A DNA stretch of 64,000 nt from Pristiophorus japonicus. Its lineage: Eukaryota. The position numbers and the translations under genes are program-made. Positions 52,738 to 64,000 of this stretch are shown here, in pieces. Below the pieces are notes generated by a model. That model worked only from the letters and a program-made list of their open reading frames with translations, ran no database searches and was not told the origin of the DNA. The stretch is from NCBI RefSeq assembly GCF_044704955.1, contig NC_091999.1, positions 20,212,001-20,276,000 on the forward strand, given 5' to 3'. Within the stretch, counting starts at the first letter, position 1. The number at the start of each line of letters is the position of its first letter.

Positions 52738-55600
52738 ACAACAACAATAAATTACATTTATTCAGCGCCTTTAACATAGTAAAGAATCTCAAGGCACTTC
52801 ACAGGATCTTTATCGAACAAAATGTGACAACGAGTCACTTAAGGAGATATTAGCGCAGGTGATCAAAGGTTTGGACAAAGAGGTAGCGTATAAAGAGCGT
52901 GTTAAAGAAGGAGAAGGCGTCAGAGAGGCGTAGATGTTTAGGGAGGGAATTAGAAAGCTTATGCCTTTTCAGCTGAAGGTACAGCTGTCAAAGGTTGAGC
53001 GATTAAGAACACAAGAAATAGGAGCAAGCATAGGCCATTTGGCCCGTCGAGCCTGCTCCGCCATTTATTAAGATCATGGCTGATCTGATCACGGAATCAA
53101 TTCCACTTCCTTGATCGCTCCCCATCACCCTTTACACCCTGATCACTCAAAAAGCTGCCTATCTCCGCTTAAAAATATTCAGTGACCCAGCCTCCACAGC
53201 TTTCCTTGGCAGAGAAATCCAGAGATGTAAGACACACTGAGAGAAAAATTCCTCCTCATTTCCGCTCTGAATGGGCGACCCCTTATTTTAAAACTATGCC
53301 CCCTAGCTCTTGAATAACCCACGAGGGGAAAAATCCTCTCTGCATCTACCGTGACGAGCCCTCTCAGTATCTTGTATGTTTCAATAAGATCAACTCTCAT
53401 TCTTCTAAACGCCAAGGAGTATATGCCCAACTTGCTCAACCTTTCTTCACAAGTCAACCTGTTCATCTCAAGAAGCAACCTAGTGAACCATCTCTGAATA
53501 GCCTCCAATGCAAGTATATCCCTGCTTCTATAATGAGATCAAATTCGTACACAGTACTCTAGGAGTGTTCTCACCAATACTTTACACAGTTTTTGTAGGA
53601 CTTGTCTGCTTTTATACTCTTTACACCTTGCAATACAGGTTAACATTCCATTTGCCTTCCCAATTATTTGCTGTATCTGCAGACCAAATGTTTATGTTTC
53701 ATGCACACGGACCCCAGTTCACTCTGTTCTGCAGCATTTCGCAATTACTCTCCATTTAAATAATAATTTGCTTTTTTATGTTTCCTGCCAGATTTTCTGT
53801 GTCCTCCTCACAATTTGCTTTCCCACCCATCATTGTATCATTAGCAAACTTGACAACATTACATGGACCCTTCATCCAAATAATTATTATAGATTGTAAA
53901 TAGTTGAGACACTTGCACCGCAGTCTTTATCATTTGCCAACCGGAAAATGTTGCATTAATCCAGACTCTATGTTTTCTGTTCGGTAGCCAGTCCGCTATC
54001 CATGGTAATATATTTCCCCAAACCCCGTGCAATCTTATCTTGTGCAGTAACCCTTTATGTGGCACTTTATAGACTGCCTTCTGGAAATCCAAACACATCA
54101 CATCCACTGGTTCCCCCTTTTATATCCTCAAGCAACTCCAGAAAATTTGTCGAACATGATTTCCCTTTCATAAAACACAGCTGACTCTGCTTGACTTTAT
54201 TATTGGTTTCCAAATGTCTGCTATTGCTTGCTTAATAATGAACTCCAGCAATTATCCAACGACAGATATTAGTCTAACTGGTCTATAGTTTCCTGCTTTC
54301 TATCTGCCTCCTTTTCAAATAGGGGTGTTGCATTTGCGGTTTTCCAATCCACCGAGCCCTCTACAAACTCCAGGATATTTTACTAGATTAGAACCAATGC
54401 ATCCAGTATCTCCGCAGCAACTTCTGTTAAGATCCTAGGATGCAGGCCACTAGGTCCAGATGACTTGTCCATCTTTAGTCGCCATATTTTACCGAGTGCT
54501 TTTACTTTAGTGATAAGGATAGTTTAAAGTTCCTCCCTCCCTATACCCCCTTGATTATTTTTATTGCGATGTTTTTATTCTACCATAAAAACCGATACAA
54601 AATATGTATTCAAAGTATTAGCCACTTCCCTGTTCCCCATTATTTTTTCACCAGTCTCATCATGTAAGGGACCAATATTTACTTTTGCTACTCTCCTCCT
54701 TTGTTTATACCTGTTGAAACTCTTACTATCTGTTTGTTTATATTTCTTGCTAATTTACTCTCATAATCTATCTTTCCTCTCTGAGTTTTTTTTTTAGTCA
54801 TCCTTTGCTGTTAAAAAAAATTCCCAATCCTCTGGCCTCCCAGTTCCCGGAGATATTCAAGAGGCCAGAACTGGAGCATCGCAGAGATCTCGTAGGAGTG
54901 TCGGTTGGAGGAGACTACAGAGGTCGGGAGAGGCGAGACCGTAGAGGGATTGGAAAACAAGAATTAATGTTATAAAATCGAGCATTTATCAGATGAGGAG
55001 CCAACGTGGGTCAGCGAGCACAGGGATGATTGGTAAGCAGGATTTGTAGCGAATTAAGCCATGGACAGCAGAGTCTTGGATGATCTAAAGTTTACGGTGG
55101 TGTAGAATGTAGGTAAGCTGCAAGGAGTGCATTGCAAAGTCAAGTCTAGATGTCAAAAAGCAATGGCTCATGTTTTCAGCAGCAGCTGAGCTGAGGCAGA
55201 GATAGATTTTGCGAAGTTATGGAGTTCGGAGTAGGCGGTCGTGGTGATGGAGCAGTAATGTGGTAGGGTGCACATCCAATGTTCAATTATGGCACCAAGA
55301 TTACGATCAGTCTCGTTCAGGCTCAGAAAGTTACCAGGTAGAGTCAGTAATTAGGGAACGGGGTTTGTGCCAGAGACCAAAGACAATGATATTTAGTACT
55401 GGATGTAGCACAGGCTGTTTGACAAATCTGAGAGAGTTTAGGTGTCGAGAGACCAGATGATGAGGTAAAGCGTTGTGTCATCAGCATACATGTGCAATCT
55501 GTAATATTGTGTTCGGATATAATCGCCGAGGGGCAGCACGGAGATGGGAAGCATGAGTTGCCAAGGATAGATTCTTGGGGAACTCCAGAGGTAACAGTGC
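52738..55600 (-). mobile_element. L2 LINE (52738-53004 and ~54845-55600) split by an inserted CR1 (53005-54840)
   Basis: The L2 tail and 3' UTR stop at ..gcgattaa and resume at ggagatattcaagaggccag, contiguous with the L2 copy at 27660-27690. L2 RT motifs GVPQESILG, HMYADDT; CR1 motifs LDFQKA, RRMRVDL. Confidence 0.85.
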
Positions 55601-55659
55601 TGGAATGGGAATTTAAAGAGGTCCAGAATTGAACACAATACACTAAATGTGTTTTACCT

Positions 55660-56355
55660 ACAGTCTTATATATGTACTTGTACTTCCACCTTTTTGTATT
55701 CCAGTTCGCTTGTAATAACTTGCGATAATGGCCAATATTCCATTAGCCTTTCTGAATATATTTTGTGCCTGTCCACTGAATTGTAGTGCTTCCTGTACGT
55801 GGGAACCTCTCTGTTCCTCTCAAGTTCCAAGCTTCTCACACTTTAGTAAATACTCTGATCTATCTCTCTTAGGTCCAATTGGATGATCTCAAACATACTC
55901 ACGTTAAACTCCAACTGCCACAGTTTTGCCCGGTTTTGGATTATATCTCAATGTATTGGCATTAAGTATGATCTCATTGAAAGACGTAAGATTCTCAGAG
56001 GGTTTGATAGGCTAGATGCTCAGACGGTGTTTCCCTTGCCTGGATGGTCTAGAAATAGGATGTTTCATCTCAGGAACAAGGGTCGACCATTGAGGACTGA
56101 GATGAGGAGATTTTGTTTCGCTCAGAGGGTTGCGATTCTTTGGAATTCTGTAACGCAGAGGACTGTGGATGTTCAGTCGTTGATTATATTGAATGCTTAG
56201 AGTGATAGATATTTGGACGCAAATGCAATCATGTGATATGGGGATCAGGTGGAAAATTGGGTATGAGGTCGAAGAACAGCCATGATCTTATTAATTGGCG
56301 CTCAGGGTCAAGGGGCCGTATGATCGACTTCTGCGCCTATTTATTTTGTTCTATG
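55660..56355. mobile_element. Two CR1 fragments (minus 55660-55930, plus 55965-56355)
   Basis: KILRGFDRLD..RTEMRRF.FAQRV..LWNS and 3' UTR hairpin; antisense RT-region piece. Confidence 0.7.
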
Positions 56356-57029
56356 CTATTCAGCATTCTTTGCCAGACTTTGCATCAATACAGTTCAATT
56401 CCAATAGATTGCTTTCCCATTCATCTCGCATTGTAGGCGTGTGATCTCCATTGAGCTGGGAAATCATGTTTCCCCTTGCAGATTAGGTCAAGGAGCTATA
56501 TCCAGGAACTGTGGGTTTTAGACTTTGCAACCAGACCGCATAATGCCCTCGCCCCACATCAACATAAACCAGTTAATTGCTAGATTTGCATTTAAAATGT
56601 ATTTCACATGGCTTCCTCCTGAATTTCGAGCAGGAATTTCCTGGATCCTAGTTACTTAACAATCACGCTGAACTATGAACCAGTATATGCCTCAATCTGG
56701 GCGCCAGTAACTTTCGCCCAAATTTGCATGGATCTTACAAGAGAGCATATACCCCATCCGATTTGATTCCCATTAACAAATAAATAAATTAGGGCGGGCT
56801 GTACAATCAACCTACTGCAGGATTTGATGCCCTGTAGAGGTTACAAGTTTTAATCTTGTTTTAATAAAGCTGTCAAAACTATACACCCGCAGCTAACCTT
56901 TGACTGCAGTGCATGCGTATGTCAATAATAAAACTTGTTAATAAATTAAACCTAATTTTCCACCAATCTTTGTTGGTTCTTGATAGGGGCAACTGTCAGA
57001 AACCCGAATGTGAATTTTGCTACTGAAAT

Positions 57030-57630
57030 ATTTGACACCGAGCAGCATTAGGAGAAATTAGCGCAGGTACCAAAAGCTTGGTCAAAGAGGTAGGTTTTAA
57101 GGAGCTCCTTGAAGGAGGAAAGGGAGGTAGAGAGGCGGAGAGGTTTAGGGAGGGAGATCCAGAGCTTGAAGCTCAGGGAACAGAAGGCACGGCCAACAAT
57201 GGTTGTGCGATTATAATCAGGGATGCGCAAGAGGGCAGAATTAGAGGCTGGAAGAAATTAGAGAGATTGGAGAGGCGATGCCATGGAGGGATTTCAAAAT
57301 AAGGATGGTAATTTTGAAACTAAGGCATTACTTAACCAGAAACCAATGTAGCTCAGTGAGCCCAGGGGCGATGGGTGAGCAGGAAACGGGCAGCTAAGTT
57401 TTAGATACCTATCGTTTATGTAGGGTAGAATGTGGGAGGCCAGCTATGAGTGCATTGGAACAGATACATCTAGAGGTAACAAAAACATGGATGAGGGCTA
57501 CAGCACCGGATGCGCTGAGGCAAGTGCTGTGGCCACGTCGTCAGAAGCTCATTTCAGGGTCAAAATATGATATCAAGGTTTGCTTCAGTCTCAGACAGAA
57601 GTTGGGCAGAGGGATGGAGTCAGCTGCTCC
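57030..57630 (-). mobile_element. L2 LINE fragment
   Basis: ORF 57048-57230: TIVGRAFCSLSFKLWISLPKPLRLSTSLSSFKELLKTYLFDQAF. Confidence 0.8.
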
Positions 57631-57719
57631 AAGGAAATCACGTTTCACACATTTATTTGAGTTATGATATTCTTTTATCATTTCCTCAGTTATGTATTCC
57701 AGCATGTGCCCGACGACTG

Positions 57720-58205
57720 AGTTCAGGCTACCTGGCCTGTAGTTCCCTTTCTTTTTAATCTTTGCTCCATTTCTTGAATAGTGGCCTTATATTTATTACC
57801 TCCCAATCCACTGGGCCATTCTATTATCAGAAAAGTTTGGAAGATGACAACCAATGAATCCACTATCTCTGCAATCACCCCATTTAGAACCCTAGGGTGT
57901 AGGCAATCCGGTCGAATGGATTTGTAGGCCTTTAGTCATTTTGGTTTCTCAAGTTATTTTTCTCTTCTGATATTAATGAATTTAAGTTCCTCACTCTTAA
58001 TATTCCCTTGTTTTTCCATTGCTTTTTTATGTTTTTGTGTCTACTACTGTGAAGGCAGAAATAAAATATTTGTTTAAAATCTATGCCATTTCATTATTTC
58101 ACCTGTTCCAGCCTGTAAGGAACCAACACTTACTTTTGCTAATCTCTTCCTTTTTACATACTTGTAAAAGGTCTTACAATCTGTTTTTTATCTTTCTTGC
58201 TACTT
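57720..58205 (-). mobile_element. Degenerate CR1 fragment
   Basis: Antisense of the CR1 linker region (LHPRVL..IVDSL; aaatatttgtttaa..gccatttc). Confidence 0.6.
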
Positions 58206-58868
58206 ACTCAACATTTACCAAAAGATGTAGTAGAAAAACATCTATAAACTAGAAACTAGATGTCATAAAGATTAATCGTTGCGGAATACAAAAGGTCCGA
58301 TGATGTCTAACCAATCAGCTTAATTTATTTGAGGAAGTAAATAAAGGGTAATGCAGTAGACGTAATGGCTCGTATTTTGCGGTTGCAATTGCAGCGAAAC
58401 TGTCAGCGTTCACCACGTTTATCCTGTGAATCTGACAGCAACTTCTTTCTGATTCCTCCTTTTTCTAGACTACTCTTTATTCTAACGTGCCTTCTCTCCC
58501 AGTTATATTCTTGACATGTTTCTCCTCTCTGACACATCACCCTTGTTTCCCTCCCTCTGCCAAATAGGTTTGAACAGTAACAGTGTCACTGTGACCTCCT
58601 TTCATGTTTGGCTCTTTGTTTCACCATGGCAACTCCACAACAAGCTTTTCATAGAATCTCTTAAAATCGCTTTAGGCCTGTATAATTTCTATTTGAATCC
58701 AGTCTAATGCATCCAACCCATTCGAGTAAAAGTGACTCACATCTGCTTGTTCCATTCACTGTATTCAATTCCCATACGTGACAATCATTGTTAATTTGTT
58801 TGTTTAAATAACTGACAAAAATAAATTTATGATGTGATCAAATCGTCTCTCGGACGAGTAACACCAGA

Positions 58869-58874
58869 TATAAA
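58869..58874 (+). promoter_or_regulatory. Putative TATA box of GPCR gene 2
   Basis: TATAAA 49 bp upstream of the exon-1 ATG; the equivalent position in gene 1 has CATAAA. Confidence 0.4.
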
Positions 58875-59387
58875 CAAAGGTACCTTTTTATGTGTCACAG
58901 AGAATGGCTCACAGAAAATGCATGCACCACAAAAGAGCCTGATTTATACCATTTACTACATCGTTCTTGCAGCTCTCGGAGTGCCATGTAAGTTATTGTA
59001 TTAATTTATTATTGATACAAATCGCTTACTTGTTGGAGTTAAGTTATAATTGTCTCGTTGTCTTAACCACCAATTCCTCCCTTAAAGTTGTATCCTTTGA
59101 GACAATAATGTATCCCAGCTTTCTGTTTTTTATTTTTTTGAAACAATTAGTTAACTTCCGATTCACACTCTTACACACACTCATACACACTCATGCACAC
59201 AATGGATACAGGATTATTCTCCTTCACAACCGATTTGCAGCCTCGTATCTGAACCCGCCCAGTTTATGGAACACAGCACTGATAGCCTTGCCGTTGTTTC
59301 TACAGGAAAATCCGAGACATTGTGTCTTACTTCTGATCAGTGCCTTGAAATGAGGTTTAAAAGCTTTGGCCCTGACTTTGCTAAAAC

Positions 59388-60972
59388 AATTAAAGGCGAG
59401 GCTATCAGCGCTTACTCTTATTAAAAGTAAATCGGACATCAACTTGCGGCGTCGACACATGCAGAATCAAATGGTGAAATCAGAAAGTTGCCATCCGAGT
59501 TGCTTGGCTCCTACAGGAGCTTCCTGTATCCTTTAACCGGGACTTGCCGACAGACTCGGCTTTCAAATACACGGCGTGAAGTAGGAATAGTTATGAGATA
59601 GATACACACTTTACACCGCAGAATCATTTAGGGTAAGTCAATTGATATGTAAATTATTTTTAACGGCGAGATAATTATTAATGACTGTGAAGCTATCTCT
59701 CTGGGACTGTAACATAACTTTTACATATGCAGAGTCCTGTTCCTTCAGTTGTTAATTTTTGTTGGAGATGTTCAATAAGTGTAAAAGATAAATATTTGTT
59801 ATTTCTTTCACTTTTATCTCTCTCCCTTTATCCTAGCTTTCGTTGCTTCAATTTATTTCGCTTTACATGATTGGTTTTGAAGTAATTATTCTAACTACAC
59901 TTCTTGGTTCAGATTCAGCGGATTGTTCGATCTGATTGGTTAATTGTGGACAGCGTTCAACGAACAAGGCTAGCCGTTCATTGTACTTACACTTGCCCAC
60001 AGACTTTATATGGATTTTTGCACTGGACCTTTTGGTCTGCAGAAATCCAAAACAGCGCCGATCAGTGTGTGTAGAGGACCAGTAACTGCGTATCTCCTTA
60101 ACCAACCAAACTGAAAGAAATCCTTACACAGACATGCCAAGTTTGATCCAGGAAGTGTAAGTTATAATAGTTAATCAAAAGCCAAGTCATGGACACAAAG
60201 CAAAAGAAAGTGATGGAAAAAAAGGAGAGGATAAAGGAGAGTCACGGATTTTGGAGTTAGCTGCCCTCAATTAATACTGCCCACAATCATCTAGCGATCA
60301 CTGTGGCATGGATTGCACCTTTCCCAACATTAATTTCATTCTGGTGTTACCTATAGGGGATCACTGGCGTGCAGCGACAGTGATATCATCAAGAAGGCTA
60401 AGAAGACGGTGACAATGAATAATTCTTTAAACAGCAACCCAGGAAGTAGAAAGCATGGATTATCATTCACTATTGACTCATTTAATAGCAAGCGAAAATG
60501 ATATTGGGACATAGTCATGGCATTAAGAATGAAGCTGAATTATAAATTAAAAAAACTTAAAATATATATTGTATTAATTTAACAATCTCGGATTTTTTTC
60601 ACAATGCAGAAATCTAACAGTCTACAACGTATTTATCCAATGCAAGAGAGCGTTTTCAACAGTAATTATGACTTGCTATGCCTTTAAACCCGCCGTTCGC
60701 CGCATTCAACAAGGCATAACGTTTTCAGTTTTTTAGATGCGATATTAGAGTGTAAAAGTGGAAGTTCACGTTAATTCCGATGATTTTAAGATTTATTTCT
60801 TCGAGAGCTTCATCAGTGCATCCTATGGAGGAGCAGGGTATTACTTGCAGCAACTTCCAAATTTCGACATTTAAATCTGCGTCTTTGGACACTAGAATGT
60901 GCTGGTAGTTTCATAAGTTAATGAAGGCAAACGCTGAGAGTTTCGTCATTCTTACAAAGACAAAATCCTGGC
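59388..60972. mobile_element. Possible old MITE-like DNA element(s) with imperfect terminal inverted repeats
   Basis: Left end ggccctgactttgc..ggcgaggctatcagcgctt roughly mirrors right end aacgctgagagtttcgtc..caaaatcctggcc. Confidence 0.35.
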
Positions 60973-61254
60973 CAAATTATTTGCTTGATTTTGAATTGAT
61001 GATTCATTAAATTATTAATGCTTACCTTGACGTTGAAAGCTCATTTTCTGTTTTTATATTTTCATCATTTACCGTTGCTTTTTAATTTATTGTGATTTCA
61101 CAGTTTCTTATTTTCCAATTAACTTCAATGTTCCATGTACTGCAACAAACTACCTTCACTTTTAACCCATTATTTTTCACGTTATTTTACTTTCACTCAG
61201 GTCTTTTGACAAACTTCAGTTGTAATTTCAAATGTTACTGTATTATTCCATAAA

Positions 61255-61860
61255 AACATAAGAATATGTGAAAAAGAAGCAGGATTAAGCTACCTGGCCC
61301 CTCGAGCCTGCAACGCCAATTAATGAGATTATTGCTGATGTGATCATGGACGTACCTGCACGCTCCCCATAACCACTTCCGCTCAAAAATCTGTCTCTGC
61401 CCGCCTTACATCTATTCAATGACCCAGCCTTCACAGCTCTCCGGGGTCGAGAATTCCTTAGATTTAGAACACTCTGAGAGAAGAAATTCCTCCTCACCTC
61501 AATTTTAAATGGTCGGCATTGATTCTGAATCTCTGTCCACTAGTTTAAGTTCCCCTATGAGTGGAAATATCCTTTTTGGAACACCGACTAATGCAAGTAT
61601 ATCTTTCCTTAAATACGGAGACCAAAGCTGTACGCAGTACTCCAGGAGTGGCCTCACCAATACCCTGTACAGTTGTTGGAGAACTTCTCTGCTTTATGTT
61701 CTATCCCTCTTGCAATAAAGGTCAACATTCCATTTGCCTTCCTGATTACTTGCTGCACCTGCATACTCACTCTTTGTTTTTCATGCACAAGGACCCCACA
61801 GGTACCTATGTACTGCAGGTCTTTGCAATGTTTCATGTCCTCCTCACAATTTACTTTCGC
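61255..61860 (-). mobile_element. CR1 3' fragment, internally deleted
   Basis: acataagaa tail; MRRNFFSQSVLNLRNS, GVLVHEKQRVSMQVQQVIRKANGML. Confidence 0.85.
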
Positions 61861-64000
61861 ACTTATACCACTTGGTTATATGCCATGCATCTGTATCAAT
61901 GGACACTATGTTAGTTCTGTAAAATAAAGAGGCTACTACCTTCAGACACCATTCACACAAAGTCATATTGGAATTCTAATCTGCCATTTCTCTTACTTGC
62001 AGCGAATTTTGTGACGAAAGACATCCCTTCCCAAGGAAGGTGTGGTCTCTCCAGATGTATCATTTTGTATCTGGTGTCGATGGGGCTGACCGATCTCCTT
62101 GTCATTATCATCGCTGTAATATGAAATAGGATCAGTATTACTTATTCCCCAGGTAGCTTCCTATCCATTACCCCGCTGTTTAATGTCAGTACTGTATTAA
62201 TATTTGCAGCCAGTTCGGCCTGGTTTACACATCGCTTTCACTTTCGATCAATTTGTAGCCATTTCTTGCAAAATCGTAAAACAAAATACAGCATCGAGAA
62301 AACGGCGGCTGTGGTTTTTGAACGGTCTGTGCGCTGTGCTTTACATCCATTTTGATTTTATCTATAAATCATCATATATAATTAACAAGATATCGTGTTA
62401 CTGCAACGTTAAGTTACTTTTTTATACGCCTCCTTTATGGACAGCGTTTGACTGGAGTGGCTGCATTCTAGCCCCGTGGCTCCCGTTGATTCTGATCTTG
62501 CTGCTCAATGCTCTGACCGTTAGACGCATTCTAGGCCAGTAGAGCCCGCAGGAGACTTCGAGCCCACGGCAATGAAGATACTCAGAGTGAGCTAGAAACA
62601 GAGAACCGCAGAAATTCCATCGTTTTACTCTTCGCCATGTCAGGAAGTTTTAACTTTTTATGGATGGCTATGTTGCAAAGGTATTATTTGTTGAAATTAC
62701 AAAAGGTAATTATTCCGTGGGTTTCAACTTCAATGAGCCAAAGTTTATTACAGGTTATTTGTAACTATGCTGAAGCTTTTGAGTTCCTACACCAACACCT
62801 GTATTTATGCCATTATCCAGAATAAATTCAGACAACAGTTGAAGAATATGGTGACTTTTCCTCTCAATCTACTTGTTAAATGATTTACATAATTACATAG
62901 ATTGTAACATTGATTCTGTCCAATATCTCACGGTGCAGACCTTTACCAAACATATGCACTCACTACCTTTGCTTTCACACGGAACTCCCAGATTGCCTCT
63001 CGCTCCAAGATTGTTCCACGTACACACAACGTGGGCATGTTTGAGGGTATTTTAACTATTTCTCCCAAATCGAATCTTGTAAAAGGATCTGATTAGGTTT
63101 TCAGTAATTCTATCCATTCTGTAGGCGCTGTCTTACTTTTGCACAGGTTTGAGAGCGCCAATCACCCTTGACAATCTCGACATTAATAATTGAGATAGTC
63201 AGATTATTGAATATAAGCAGATGCACGTATAGATTATGAAATAAAATAACTTAGTTGGTATTTTGTGTAATTAAACGAAAGTACTGTAAGATTGTAAGGT
63301 TAAAACACACAACAGCGAGATGCAAAGCTGTAGAAGTGAGCTTTTATCAGAGGGGAGTGTGAAGAAGGAATTTCGATTGCCAGCTTAGAAAAGAGAAAAT
63401 CAATATTATGAAATAAAGGTTTGAAGAGATAATACATCAACACATGCACAACAAATGGTAACAGTTAAACTTAGGACAAAATGAGTGCAACTGTATCAAT
63501 AGCATTTACGCAGAGAGGTAGTCCTAACATATGGTGCAAACATTCTTTAGAAAAATACCACTGTCTGAAGCTGCTGGAAAATCTTCAATCTGCTTCTTCT
63601 GAGGCTAGTGTAAAAAGCAAACGCAACACGCATGTGATCTCCTGATGACCAATCATTTGCAAATTATTTATAAATACTACCGATCTCATATGCATTGTGC
63701 ATAATTGGTGTGTATTATTATCTCTTTGAATTGATTTCCTACATTACAACAGCGATTGTACTTCAGAAGAACTTTATTGATTGTAAAGCGCTTTGGTGCA
63801 TCTGCTGTTCATGAAAGGCGCTATATAAATGCAGGAGCTTTAAATAATCTTTTAATTGTTTTCCATTTTTCGAACTTGTGTTACAGGTAAAGAATGCATG
63901 ATGAATTTTAATACCTTCATATTAAAGCAATAAGGATAAATGACAATATTCTATAATACGTCTAAACATAGGCAATACAGATACATGACAATTATCAATA

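Larger units (their letters stand above)
58918..62883 (+). pseudogene. GPR139/GPR142-like GPCR gene 2, pseudogene (exon 1 58918-58987, exon 2 62003-62883)
   Basis: Exon 1 MHAPQKSLIYTIYYIVLAALGVP+T|GTAAGT is intact. Exon 2 (ttgcAG|CG) parallels gene 1 (QGRCGLSRCI..LTDLLV, FTFDQF, PLWTAFDW, NRRKSIVLLF) but has TGA at 62122-62124 and several frameshifts. Confidence 0.9.

Overview
Eukaryotic, repeat-rich vertebrate DNA, most likely from a cartilaginous fish (shark). The species assignment is inferred from the VNAR-like segment, the CR1/L2/Deu-type SINE content and the NLR/GPCR family types. The left 22 kb is a piece of a T-cell receptor alpha/delta V cluster on the minus strand. It holds three conventional TCR V segments, each followed by a 23-bp-spacer RSS: one with an open V exon but no identifiable leader, one pseudogene, and one complete leader+V gene ending in a germline stop next to its heptamer. 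It also holds a decayed IgNAR-like (NAR-TCR type) V pseudogene with leader at 1070-1530 that the ORF track misses. Upstream of the V genes lie a 2.8-kb 27-bp minisatellite made of SOX-type palindromes, a possible death-domain relic, and a multi-exon NACHT-LRR (NLR) pseudogene (28.6-34.2 kb, minus). On the plus strand there is a tandem pair of two-exon GPR139/GPR142-like class A GPCR genes, one intact (320 aa) and one pseudogene. The rest is CR1, L2 and RTE LINE fragments, tRNA-headed SINEs, old MITE-like elements and minisatellites. Most ORFs in the supplied track are transposon or tandem-repeat artefacts. All family assignments come from reading motifs by eye; no database search was run.
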